DNA of 64,000 nucleotides from positions 320,001-384,000 of the forward strand of contig CANJVR010000002.1 of assembly GCA_947478395.1 (NCBI GenBank). The letters run 5' to 3'. The position numbers and the translations under genes were made by a program. The notes beneath the pieces were generated by a model, which saw only the letters and a list, made by a program, of their open reading frames with translations, ran no database searches and had not been told where the DNA came from. This document shows, piece after piece, positions 9,495 to 18,332 of the stretch; the stretch's first letter is position 1, and each line of letters starts with the position of its first letter. Source of the DNA: Opitutia bacterium (GTDB lineage: Bacteria > Verrucomicrobiota > Verrucomicrobiia > Opitutales > Opitutaceae).

Positions 9495-9537
9495 AAGTCT
9501 TTACTCACCCCGCAATTCTTGGAAAAAATCCAGTAGA

Positions 9538-9960
9538 ATGTCCGACGTTGGGACAATTGGTCCAAGAAGCATTGGGGATACCGTGCCCTGGCGTGGCCAA
9601 GGGACTGTACTGCTCATCGACGACGACTATTACGTGCGACTTGTCACCGCCACGATCTTGCGTTCCTTCGGCCTCAAGGTTGAAACCGTGAACGACGGCC
9701 GTGCAGGTCTCGCCGCTTGGAAAGCCGCTCCGGATGGCTTCGATCTCGTCGTACTTGACCTACTCATGGCCGGCTTAAACGGAGAAGATACCCTGGTCGA
9801 GCTGCGCACACTCCGTCCAGACGTGCCGGTTCTTATCATCAGCGGTTTCGAGGAAGGCGATTTCCTGACCCGCCACGCCTGCAGTGGCCCCATTGCTTAC
9901 CTGCAAAAGCCGTTTCGATTGGCGAATTTAGAGAACGCCGCTCGCAGCCTGCTTGGTTGA
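9538..9960 (+). CDS. Stand-alone response regulator receiver, copy 2
   Basis: 13 aa differences from copy 1 over the shared 126 aa; unrelated N-terminus. Confidence 0.9.
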   Translation: MSDVGTIGPRSIGDTVPWRGQGTVLLIDDDYYVRLVTATILRSFGLKVETVNDGRAGLAAWKAAPDGFDLVVLDLLMAGLNGEDTLVELRTLRPDVPVLIISGFEEGDFLTRHACSGPIAYLQKPFRLANLENAARSLLG

Positions 9961-9966
9961 ACCCTA

Positions 9967-9994
9967 TAGTCGCACAATAAATATTATGTTTAAT
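9967..9994 (+). other. dif-like XerC/XerD recombination site
   Basis: TAGTCGCACAA-TAAATA-TTATGTTTAAT versus E. coli dif GGTGCGCATAA-TGTATA-TTATGTTAAAT: 20/28, XerD arm 10/11, correct 11-6-11 geometry; lies at the accessory/core boundary. Confidence 0.7.
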
Positions 9995-10008
9995 TGAACG
10001 AAAACGGA

Positions 10009-10154
10009 ATCGCCCCGCTCTTCGGAGCGGGGCGCGGATTGAAACATGTACCGCCGGACGATGTAAGCGGGGAGCTAGCATCGCCCCGCTCTTCGGAGCG
10101 GGGCGCGGATTGAAACGACCCAAGCAACTCACTGATGGCGGGCGCGGATTGAAA
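10009..10154 (+). CRISPR. Orphan CRISPR mini-array, type I-C-like repeat (2 full repeats plus a truncated third)
   Basis: Identical 37-bp repeats ATCGCCCCGCTCTTCGGAGCGGGGCGCGGATTGAAAC at 10009-10045 and 10080-10116; 34-bp spacer; 21-bp second spacer; partial repeat GCGGGCGCGGATTGAAA at 10138-10154; 10-bp stem with TTCG loop; no cas genes in the window. Confidence 0.85.
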
Positions 10155-10177
10155 ATCGTACGCCTAAGGCTGCTCGA

Positions 10178-10570
10178 TTAGACGACGTGCCCAAACGGCT
10201 TCGCCCGGTGGCAGAATTGCAGCGGTACACCCCAAGGATCACGCATCATCAGCAGTTTGGTGCCGTCCGGCAAAATGTCTTCCTGGCCACGATCGGCGCC
10301 CGCGGCAACGAGGCGCGCGCGGATCGCGTCGTTGTCGGTCGAGACAAACGCGATGTGGAACACCAGCGGATTGACCGCCGCGTAATCCGGCACCACCGCG
10401 TCGGTGCGCGCATAAATTTCGATGATCGTCCGACCGGTTTCATCGGCCAGAAAGGCCGTGTAGGGCGCGACGTCCATTTGACGCGCAATCTTTAGGCCGA
10501 GGTGCTCGACGTACCAGCGCGTGACCGCACGGGCGTCGGCCGTATTGATGGCAAAATGTTCGAATTTCAT
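10178..10570 (-). CDS. VOC/glyoxalase family protein
   Basis: FEHFAIN, WYVEHLGL, HIAF, RDPWGVPLQ motifs. Confidence 0.9.
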   Translation of the reverse strand: MKFEHFAINTADARAVTRWYVEHLGLKIARQMDVAPYTAFLADETGRTIIEIYARTDAVVPDYAAVNPLVFHIAFVSTDNDAIRARLVAAGADRGQEDILPDGTKLLMMRDPWGVPLQFCHRAKPFGHVV

Positions 10571-10655
10571 AAATGACGATGACGTTGTGGTTGGGAACTA
10601 GCCTGAAAATTCACACCGAAATCAAGACGTTGGCCTTGCGGTGGGAAAAAAGTTT

Positions 10656-11573
10656 TCACGAACCGGGTGATGGTTGCGAGCTCTCCCGCAGAAAGGCACC
10701 GATGAGGTTGAGCGCGACCGCGCCGGAATCATTGAGCACGTAGTGGCCGGATTCGGCCAAGCGCTCTACCCGCGCGGCGGGATAAATCTTCCGCCACCGT
10801 TCGAGGAAAGAATCGTTGAAGCAAAAATCCCGCCCACCCCACACGATCAGTTTTTCGTGACCGGCCAGCAGGCTCAATCGCGACTCGATCGCGCCGAGCG
10901 TGGCCCGCGTGGGATGCTCCGCTTCCATCGGGATGTCGGTGACAAACCGGTGCACCGCGACGCGATTGGCCCACGAGCCGTAGGGAAAAAGATAGCCGTA
11001 TTTTTCGTCTGCGGTCAGAGCGCGGGCGTGCATTGCCATGCTTGTGGCCGGCCCGGCGAATCCGTTTAGGCCTCGGACGAGCCACTCGCCGAGCAGTGGC
11101 CATCGGCACACCGCAATCCGGAATGGAATGCGCGCCGACAAAAACGCCGCGGTGTTCAGAATGGTGATCCTGCCAATCAATGCGGGCTGACGCGTCGCGA
11201 GCCCAAATCCAACCGCACCACCCCAATCGTGCACGACAAGATGCACCCGTTTCAGCCCGAGGTTTGCCACCAGCGCCTCGATATCGGCGATGCGGGTGGC
11301 GAGCGTGTAATCGTAATTCTCCGGCTTTTCCGACAACCCCATGCCGATGTGGTCGGGCGCAATGCAGCGCATGATCGAAGAAAGTCCGCGGATGAGATCC
11401 CGATAGAAAAACGACCAGGTCGGATTGCCGTGCAGCATCAGCACGGCCTCAGCGGAGCGCGGACCGACATCGACGTAGCTCATGCGCGCACCGCCCGGGG
11501 TTTGAAACGCGGCCGGCGTGAACGGGTAAAGCCGGGCGAGCCGCGCGGGGATTTGGGGGGCGACGCTTACCAT
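10656..11573 (-). CDS. oleB: OleB-like alpha/beta hydrolase (haloalkane dehalogenase family; beta-lactone decarboxylase)
   Basis: HGNPTWS, PDHIGMGLS, HDWGG nucleophile elbow, C-terminal GHY; overlaps the oleA stop. Confidence 0.75.
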   Translation of the reverse strand: MVSVAPQIPARLARLYPFTPAAFQTPGGARMSYVDVGPRSAEAVLMLHGNPTWSFFYRDLIRGLSSIMRCIAPDHIGMGLSEKPENYDYTLATRIADIEALVANLGLKRVHLVVHDWGGAVGFGLATRQPALIGRITILNTAAFLSARIPFRIAVCRWPLLGEWLVRGLNGFAGPATSMAMHARALTADEKYGYLFPYGSWANRVAVHRFVTDIPMEAEHPTRATLGAIESRLSLLAGHEKLIVWGGRDFCFNDSFLERWRKIYPAARVERLAESGHYVLNDSGAVALNLIGAFLRESSQPSPGS

Positions 11574-12598
11574 TCGAGCGCGAGCATCAGGCAATTCAAG
11601 CCGCTGCCAATCCCCAGCAAGCTGACGCGGTCGCCCTTGCGCACCGCGCCGGCCTCAACCGCCGCTGCGAGCGTCGCGGGCAACGCGACCGAGCCCGTAT
11701 TGCCGAGAACTTCAAAGGTCGAAAAATCCTTGGCCACATCGAGCCCCAGCGCTTCGTAGAGTTTTCGCCGGTGGGTGCTGCCGACCTGGTGGCAGATAAA
11801 ACGGTCGGTGTTGGCCTCGGTCCAACCGGTGATCGTTTTGAAATCCGTCCACGTCGCCCGCGCGAGTTCGACGCCGGCCAGCAGCAGTTGCTCGGAGTCG
11901 GTCTGCATCGCCAACGCTTCGGCGCCGTGCGTGTCGCCCTGACAAAGTTCGCTGTGTTGGGTCGCGGCCCGCGCCACGCCTCCGACTAGCCGGTGGCCCT
12001 GCGGCGCGAGGTCGCGATGGCACACGAGTGCGGCGACCGCGCCGGAACCGATCGTGAGATTCGCAAAGTACGGCTTGATTTCGTTTCGGGTCAGCGGCCT
12101 TTCGAGCAAAGTCTTGATCGTCTGCTCGACCAGCGGTCGCCCGTGCTCGCCGGCGACCACCAACGCGCAGCGGATCTGGCCGCTCTCAATCATCGCCGCC
12201 GCCAGCGTGAGCGAGTTCAGAAAACCCAGGCACGCATTGGACACGTCGAAGATCTGCGCCGAGGCGGGCAACCCGATCTTGCGGTGGGCAAAGGATGCGG
12301 TGGCCGGTTCCAACATATCCCGCGAGACCGCGGCATGAATGAACAACTCGACTTGCTCGGCGCGCAGCGTCGATTGCTCGAGCACCTTTTTTCCGGCTGC
12401 GGCGCTTGCATCGGATGGGCGCGTGCCGGCGGGCCAGACTCGGCGTTCGCGAATGCCCGTCATCAACTCCAAACGGCCGAAGGGCAGCTTGAGCCGCTCG
12501 TACAGCGGACGGAGTTGCGCTTCGACCGCGGCGGACGTCAGCACTTCGTCGGGCAGTGCGACGGCGAGTGACTCGATGTGGACGTGCTCAAACTTCAT
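11567..12598 (-). CDS. oleA: OleA (thiolase/KAS III-fold head-to-head acyl condensing enzyme)
   Basis: OleA-type N-terminus (LRPLYERLKL..GRLELMTGIRERR), catalytic Glu in MLEPATA, NACLGF Cys, HQV, GNTG, LLGIGSGLNC. Confidence 0.85.
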   Translation of the reverse strand: MKFEHVHIESLAVALPDEVLTSAAVEAQLRPLYERLKLPFGRLELMTGIRERRVWPAGTRPSDASAAAGKKVLEQSTLRAEQVELFIHAAVSRDMLEPATASFAHRKIGLPASAQIFDVSNACLGFLNSLTLAAAMIESGQIRCALVVAGEHGRPLVEQTIKTLLERPLTRNEIKPYFANLTIGSGAVAALVCHRDLAPQGHRLVGGVARAATQHSELCQGDTHGAEALAMQTDSEQLLLAGVELARATWTDFKTITGWTEANTDRFICHQVGSTHRRKLYEALGLDVAKDFSTFEVLGNTGSVALPATLAAAVEAGAVRKGDRVSLLGIGSGLNCLMLALEW

Positions 12599-12643
12599 GG
12601 GAGAAATCCCTGACGCCAGAGTGCCAAAATCCGAAGATCCGAT

Positions 12644-12668
12644 GTGGGCGGGGTGCCCTCGCTCCGCC
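12644..12668 (+). repeat. REP-like palindrome (GTGG/GTAG family)
   Basis: GTGGGCGGGGTGCCCTCGCTCCGCC; related copies at 43936, 49562, 52193, 52246. Confidence 0.6.
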
Positions 12669-12691
12669 TAAATCCCCATCGCCGCGTAGGT

Positions 12692-13546
12692 TCATTTGGC
12701 GTTTGGAGTTTTGACAGGCGCGGATCCCCGCGGTGCAGCGGTGGGCCGCATGGCCAGTTGAATGATTTCCTGGTCGAAGAAATTGCAGCCAAGTCCGGCG
12801 TCGACCACGAGCGTGGTGCCGTTGATGCCGCTGCTGCGCTCGCTCAGCAGGAACAGCGTCGCGTTGGCTACTTCCTGCGTTGCGAGGTTGCGCTTTCGAA
12901 ACGTGAGTTTCTCGGCGTAAAGGTAGCTCTCGATGTAGCCTGGAATCCCCGCCGACGCGCTGGTCTTGAGCGGCCCGGAGCCGACGACGTTGCAACGCAC
13001 CTCGCTGTCGGCGCTGAAGGATTTGGCCAAAAACCGGGCGGCGGACTCGAGTGCGGCTTTGATTGGCCCCATGTAACCGTAATTGTCGGGCGTGACCTGC
13101 AGCGAAGAGATGCCGATGGTCACGATCGAAGCCGTGCGCGCGAGGTGGGGCTTAAACGCGCGCGCGATCTCCACGAGCGAGAACGCCGAGACGGCCGTGG
13201 CTTGGAGAAAATCGGCCCGCTTCGTTTCGTGGAAGGCCTTGAAGCCATCGCTGTAATTGGCGAACGCGACCGAGTGCATGATGCCCTGTAGTGGCGCGTG
13301 CCCGCCCGCGGCAATTTCGGCGGCGAGCCGTGGCACGGCGCCCTCGTCTTCCACGTCGCAGACAAAAACCGGTTTTCCCGCGAGCAACGTTTCCAGCGAT
13401 TTGCGCCGCGCCTCGGAACGGACGCTGTAGACGACTTTGGCCCCCTGCTCTTCCAGCGATTGTGCCACGAACCACGCGACGCTCTTGCGATTGGCCACGC
13501 CAAAGACGAGAAACGTTTTTCCGGCGACTTGGAGAAAATCGCTCAT
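12692..13546 (-). CDS. fabI: Enoyl-ACP reductase (FabI-like SDR)
   Basis: GVANRKSVAW, HSVAFA, YGYMGPIKAALE, SGINGTTLVVDAG; ATGA coupling to the fabZ-like gene. Confidence 0.8.
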   Translation of the reverse strand: MSDFLQVAGKTFLVFGVANRKSVAWFVAQSLEEQGAKVVYSVRSEARRKSLETLLAGKPVFVCDVEDEGAVPRLAAEIAAGGHAPLQGIMHSVAFANYSDGFKAFHETKRADFLQATAVSAFSLVEIARAFKPHLARTASIVTIGISSLQVTPDNYGYMGPIKAALESAARFLAKSFSADSEVRCNVVGSGPLKTSASAGIPGYIESYLYAEKLTFRKRNLATQEVANATLFLLSERSSGINGTTLVVDAGLGCNFFDQEIIQLAMRPTAAPRGSAPVKTPNAK

Positions 13547-14001
13547 GCTTGCGGCGCGCCGGCGGGCGTGGTCCAGGCCACGGTAAATTCGACGGTGAGC
13601 ACGCGCTTTTCGCCGCTCTTCACGCTGCCGCTCATCATGGTGAAGCCGCCGAGCGACTCCTTCTTTTTCACTTCGATGGTGATGGTCTCGCCGGGATAAA
13701 CGGGATTCCGAAAACGTACGTCGCTGATTTTCGCCATCAACGGCACGCCGCTCGAAGCGCCCGATGCGGGGGTCGTGAGCGCGAGATAGAGTGCGCCGGT
13801 TTGAAAAACCGCTTCGCACAGCAGTACGCCGGGAGTGATCGGCGCACTTGGATAGTGGCCTTGGTAGAAGGCTTCGTCGGCGCGAAACGTGCGGCGTGCA
13901 ATCAGGCCGTCGGCGGTTTCGGCCACGATCTCGTCGACAAACAGAAACGGTGGGCGATGCGGAATGAGATCGGTGATGCGGCGGGACATGGTCGGGTTCA
14001 T
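13543..14001 (-). CDS. fabZ: 3-hydroxyacyl-ACP dehydratase (FabZ-like)
   Basis: IPHRPPFLFVD, GHYP..PITPGVLLCEA, RFRNPVYPG. Confidence 0.85.
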   Translation of the reverse strand: MNPTMSRRITDLIPHRPPFLFVDEIVAETADGLIARRTFRADEAFYQGHYPSAPITPGVLLCEAVFQTGALYLALTTPASGASSGVPLMAKISDVRFRNPVYPGETITIEVKKKESLGGFTMMSGSVKSGEKRVLTVEFTVAWTTPAGAPQA

Positions 14002-15464
14002 CAGGCGTGGGTCGATACAGGCGGGCGCGCCGCTTGCTTCAGCGCGAACAAATATTTGTCGACCTTGTTGGCGGTGATCACGCCGTAGTTAATGGTACCG
14101 AGCCAGCCCGACATGATGATGCCGACGCTACCGGCGTGGAAAAGCCCGGGAAGTTTTTCGGAAAGGCTCATTGAAACGGGCAGGCCTTCGAACTTCGTGC
14201 CGAACGATGTGCCCGAAAAATGCGTGGTGTAGCGCTCGATCGTGCGGGGCGTCGCGGCTTCCTGCCAGTCGATCTTAGCGCGGACGTCCGGAATGAATTT
14301 CTCCAGCGCCGTGATCGATTCCTCAATCATCCTCGCTTTCTGCGCCTCGTAGTCGGCATCGGATAGCGCCTTCCAATCGGGATAAAGGCCGTTGAGCGAC
14401 GCGACGACGGTGTAGCGGTCGGCGCCGGGACGCGTGTCAGGATAATAGACGGAGAAAGTCCGACTCGTCGTGTGCAGCGCGGTGAGCTCGGAATTGCTGT
14501 ACTCCGGCGCCGCAGACGTGAACACCAAGTCGCCGATGTGCGGGATGCTTTCGCCTTTCCGGATGCCAAGGTAGACTTGGCAGGAGCTCGAGTTAATGCG
14601 AACGGCGTTAGCCTGCGCGATATAATCGGCGGGGAAATTTTCGGCGCCGGCCAGACGGAAGATGGTGTTTTTGATGTTCGCGTTGGACAGCACGGCCTTG
14701 GCCCGGATGACGCGGCCGTTGCCCGCGACTACGCCGCACGCGATTTTTTGGCCGTCGCGTTCTTCCACGAGAATCTTGTCGACCAGCACTTTTTTACGGA
14801 GTTCGACGCCATTCTTTTTCAGTTCGGCGACCATTTTTTCGATGAGGAGATCGGAGCCGCCGCGAAAGGTGAAGACCCCCGCGCCCATGAAATTCGAGAA
14901 CACGATGCCAAACGTGATGGCCGGATCGTCGAAGTCGGAGCCGTTGGCGTACGAGATGGGTTCCATCAACAGCCGGTGAACATCGGCGCGCCCCGGAAAA
15001 AACCGGTTCAGCATCTGTCCCGTGGTTTCCGGGTTGTTGTCGTAGTAGTTCATCGCGCGGAGGTAGTCGTAGAACGCTTCGACCTCGGCGCGGGGCAATT
15101 TGAACTGCTCGACGAGCACGCGGGTGTAGTCCTCGCGGGTGAAGGTCGTCCAGACGTCCATCTGCGGATTGATGAACCGGATGTCCTTTAACGGCACGAT
15201 CGAGTCGGAGATTTCCTTGGTCCAGTAACGGCGGCACGACTTGATCATCCCGCTGGGAAACCCGTGCAGCGAGATGTCGAAGATGTGCCCGCCCTTGCGG
15301 GTGAACCACGTGGCGAGTCCGCCGAACTGATAGTGATGCTCGAGCAGAAGGACTTTGTGGCCGGCCTTGGCGAGCACGTTGGCCCCCGTCAGGCCGCCCA
15401 GCCCGCTGCCGATCACGATCACATCATACTCGTCGTTTACGCCCTTGAGCCAATCGTAAGCCAT
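14001..15464 (-). CDS. Phytoene desaturase-like FAD-dependent oxidoreductase 1
   Basis: [13 protein letters not shown]ossmann motif, [26 protein letters not shown]. Confidence 0.85.
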   Translation of the reverse strand: MAYDWLKGVNDEYDVIVIGSGLGGLTGANVLAKAGHKVLLLEHHYQFGGLATWFTRKGGHIFDISLHGFPSGMIKSCRRYWTKEISDSIVPLKDIRFINPQMDVWTTFTREDYTRVLVEQFKLPRAEVEAFYDYLRAMNYYDNNPETTGQMLNRFFPGRADVHRLLMEPISYANGSDFDDPAITFGIVFSNFMGAGVFTFRGGSDLLIEKMVAELKKNGVELRKKVLVDKILVEERDGQKIACGVVAGNGRVIRAKAVLSNANIKNTIFRLAGAENFPADYIAQANAVRINSSSCQVYLGIRKGESIPHIGDLVFTSAAPEYSNSELTALHTTSRTFSVYYPDTRPGADRYTVVASLNGLYPDWKALSDADYEAQKARMIEESITALEKFIPDVRAKIDWQEAATPRTIERYTTHFSGTSFGTKFEGLPVSMSLSEKLPGLFHAGSVGIIMSGWLGTINYGVITANKVDKYLFALKQAARPPVSTHA

Positions 15465-15504
15465 GAAGGGCCGAAAGTGAGGCGTCGGCCCCGCAAAGCG
15501 CAAC

Positions 15505-16353
15505 TCAGAGTTTGAGTGCGCGCAAATACGTCAGGCTGGCCGGAATCGCCTCGATGGGATTCGGCGTTTCGTCTTCCAGAAAATGGTATTTCGCGCCGGC
15601 TTTCTCCGCCGCGCTGATGACTGCGGGCCAGGGAATCTGGCCTGCGCCCACGGCGACTTGATCGGCGGCGACCGTGCGATTGCCGAGGCCGATCGGGCCA
15701 TCCTTGCGGAGGTCCTTAAGGTGCAGCATCACCCAGCGATTGGGATATTTATTGATCAACTTCACCGGATCCTGCCCGGCTTGGTAGGTCCAAAAAACAT
15801 CCATCTCGTAGCTCACCAAGTCGGCCTTGGTTTCACGTACGATGATGTCGAAAAGCGTTTCACCGTTTCCGGCGGCACTCGGCGTCATCTCGGCGCCATG
15901 GGTATGATAGCCGAATTTCAGCCCGGCGGCTTTGAGCGCGGCGCCCCACGTGTTGAAATCGGCGGCGATTTTATGCGCGTCCTCGTCCTTCAAATTGCGC
16001 CCGGTTAAAATCGGCACGATGACGTACTGGACTCCGAGTGTCTTCGCGGTGGCGATGACGACGTTCACGTCCTTCTGGAAGTCGGCATAGCCGATGTGAG
16101 CGCTGACCGCTTTGATCCCGCGCGCCTTTAATTCGGTCGAGAGTTGTTCTGGCGTCAGACCGGTGCCGCTCCAAGTTTCGACTTCGGTGATACCGTAACT
16201 CTTGAGCAGGTCCAAAGTTTTGACCGGGCCGTCGGCTTTGAACTGATTCCGGAGACTGTAGAGCTGCATGCCGAGATGCTCTTTGAAATCGGCGGCGACC
16301 AGCGGCAGGGCGGCGAGGAGCGCTAATGCGATCAGGCGAATATTTTTCATCAT
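15505..16353 (-). CDS. Secreted sugar phosphate isomerase/epimerase (xylose isomerase-like TIM barrel)
   Basis: Signal peptide, [25 protein letters not shown]. Confidence 0.85.
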   Translation of the reverse strand: MMKNIRLIALALLAALPLVAADFKEHLGMQLYSLRNQFKADGPVKTLDLLKSYGITEVETWSGTGLTPEQLSTELKARGIKAVSAHIGYADFQKDVNVVIATAKTLGVQYVIVPILTGRNLKDEDAHKIAADFNTWGAALKAAGLKFGYHTHGAEMTPSAAGNGETLFDIIVRETKADLVSYEMDVFWTYQAGQDPVKLINKYPNRWVMLHLKDLRKDGPIGLGNRTVAADQVAVGAGQIPWPAVISAAEKAGAKYHFLEDETPNPIEAIPASLTYLRALKL

Positions 16354-16366
16354 GGGGGTAAATTGG

Positions 16367-17830
16367 CTATGTCGTAGGGCCGGCGTTTTTTTGCAAGATA
16401 TGATAATTGGCCATGGAAATGCCGCTCAGCATCGCGCCGACAATGCCGAGAAAGCCTTGGTCGGTACCGCAGAGGTAGAGGTTGGAAAGGGCGGTTCGGC
16501 CCTGCCGGTTTTTCAACGGCGAACCGTAGATCGCACCGCCCAGATGACCGGTGAATTTCGTGATCGTCCGCGGGGTAAACATATCGGTGGCGAGGGTCGC
16601 GGCGGAAAGCTGGGCGTCGTTCACCAACGGTAGAAAACGCCGGGCGCTCGTTTGCGCCTCGTTGAACCAGTGCAGTTTCGCCGCGCGATAGTCGTCTTCT
16701 GGCAAATGGGCCCACTGCCCGTAATTCGCGAGACACGTGACACGGAAAATCCCCTCGCTCAGCGTGCGATCCGCGCCGTAGTCGAAATTATTCGGAATAC
16801 AGATGACGCCGCTGCGCGGGTCGACGGGTCCCGCCGGTTGCTCGTACGTAAAGCGCGCGGAATCGTTAAAGAAAATAATCGTGTCGCTACCCCACCCCAG
16901 CGCGGCGGGTTGGCGGTCGAGCATCGTGATCGTCTCGATGAATGACAGCCGGCCGGTCGGAGCCGGAATCTCAGATTGGGGATTTTCGATTTGTGATCGC
17001 GACCGGTCGATCAACCGACTGGTTTCTGGTGCGCCGATCGATGAGATGACGTGATCGGCCGTGATTTTTTCGCCGGTGTCGAGGACGAGAGCCGTCGCTT
17101 GGCCGCTCTGCGTCTCGATTCGTGCGACGCCGCATTTCATGCGGCGCTCGCCGCCGGCTGCGCGGTATTTCTCGAGTAGCACGCGCAGAATCACGCGCAC
17201 GCCGTCGAAAGGGCGGGCGAAGCCTTCGAGGAAGAGGGCCTTGAACATGATTACGAACTGGCCGAACTCCATGTCATGCTCCTGCGGGCTGCCGTAATAC
17301 ATCACGGGGCAAAACAGCATGTCCTCGAGCAAAGGATCACTTACATACCCGCGTACGGTGGCCCGCGCCGAAACCGGCGCGGCGTCGAGCGAAACGTCGT
17401 CGAACGCTTTGATCGCTGCGACGAGGCGCCGAAACCCGTCGATTTGAGCGGGGAATTTCATCGCGATCTCGGCTTCCAGGACCGCGAAGTCGTTCGTGAA
17501 ACGCAGCGACGTTTCGCCGCGCGGGCCGAAGGCGATGCGCGATTGCTTCTGCTCGCACAGCGCGAATTCGTCGCGCTCGATACGTAACTGGCGCAGGAGT
17601 TTCGTGAGCGGCGTGCCCTTCACGCCGGGCCGCACGAAGTTAGTCATCGCGTGCAGCCCGACATCGAATTTTCGGCCGCTCAGGCTGTAGAAACTATTTA
17701 ACCCGCCGACGGCATTGTGGCGCTCGAAGATGCAGACGCGTTTGCCGAAGTGCGCGAGCCGGATACCTGCGGCGAGCCCGGACATCCCCGCGCCGATGAT
17801 GGCGACATCGTAGTGCGAAGAACTATTCAC
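16367..17830 (-). CDS. Phytoene desaturase-like FAD-dependent oxidoreductase 2
   Basis: YDVAIIGAGMSGL, FERH..VGGLNS, FDVGLH, FTPRTITKFT, NLYLCGTDQG. Confidence 0.85.
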   Translation of the reverse strand: MNSSSHYDVAIIGAGMSGLAAGIRLAHFGKRVCIFERHNAVGGLNSFYSLSGRKFDVGLHAMTNFVRPGVKGTPLTKLLRQLRIERDEFALCEQKQSRIAFGPRGETSLRFTNDFAVLEAEIAMKFPAQIDGFRRLVAAIKAFDDVSLDAAPVSARATVRGYVSDPLLEDMLFCPVMYYGSPQEHDMEFGQFVIMFKALFLEGFARPFDGVRVILRVLLEKYRAAGGERRMKCGVARIETQSGQATALVLDTGEKITADHVISSIGAPETSRLIDRSRSQIENPQSEIPAPTGRLSFIETITMLDRQPAALGWGSDTIIFFNDSARFTYEQPAGPVDPRSGVICIPNNFDYGADRTLSEGIFRVTCLANYGQWAHLPEDDYRAAKLHWFNEAQTSARRFLPLVNDAQLSAATLATDMFTPRTITKFTGHLGGAIYGSPLKNRQGRTALSNLYLCGTDQGFLGIVGAMLSGISMANYHILQKNAGPTT

Positions 17831-18047
17831 CGGGAGGATTTCGGATTAGGCGCGAAGCCGCGAAAGGAAAAAGGTCGGAGCCAAAGCGGATGATCCCGCG
17901 GAGAACTCGATCAAATTTTGCTCCGTCGCGTCGTTGGGCTTTAGGCAAAAAGGCGGAGGTCTTTAATCGCCCGGGGGAGCGCGGACGCCCTTGTCCTCAG
18001 CTACAATCCTGCGAAGCGTTCGAGGGCGTCGCCGCTCCGATCGAAGC

Positions 18048-18311
18048 TCAGCTCTTCGCCGCGAGCGCGTTGAACTTCGGCGTGAGGTATTCGGCGCAGC
18101 TGTCGAGCGAGGCGAGGTGTTGATAATCGGCTTCCGGCACTTCGAGGCCGTGGCGTTTGCGGAGCTCCATTACGATGTCCAAAAAATCCATGCTATCGAG
18201 CTGGAGCTGGTCGCGGAGGCGAATCTCGGGCTTCACGTTCGACAGATCTTCGTCGGGTGCGATATCGGCGATGATATCGATTACGACTTGCTTGCATTCT
18301 TCTTTGGTCAT
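18048..18311 (-). CDS. Acyl carrier protein
   Basis: 87 aa, acidic, LQLDSMDFLDIV phosphopantetheine Ser motif. Confidence 0.9.
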   Translation of the reverse strand: MTKEECKQVVIDIIADIAPDEDLSNVKPEIRLRDQLQLDSMDFLDIVMELRKRHGLEVPEADYQHLASLDSCAEYLTPKFNALAAKS

Positions 18312-18332
18312 GTGGGCTTGGTAAAAGTCGGA

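Noticed and set aside
10656..11573. Haloalkane dehalogenase
   Set aside because: Same fold, but the overlap with oleA favours OleB.
14001..17830. Carotenoid biosynthesis (crtI)
   Set aside because: No crtB/crtE nearby; the context is ACP-dependent fatty-acid enzymes.
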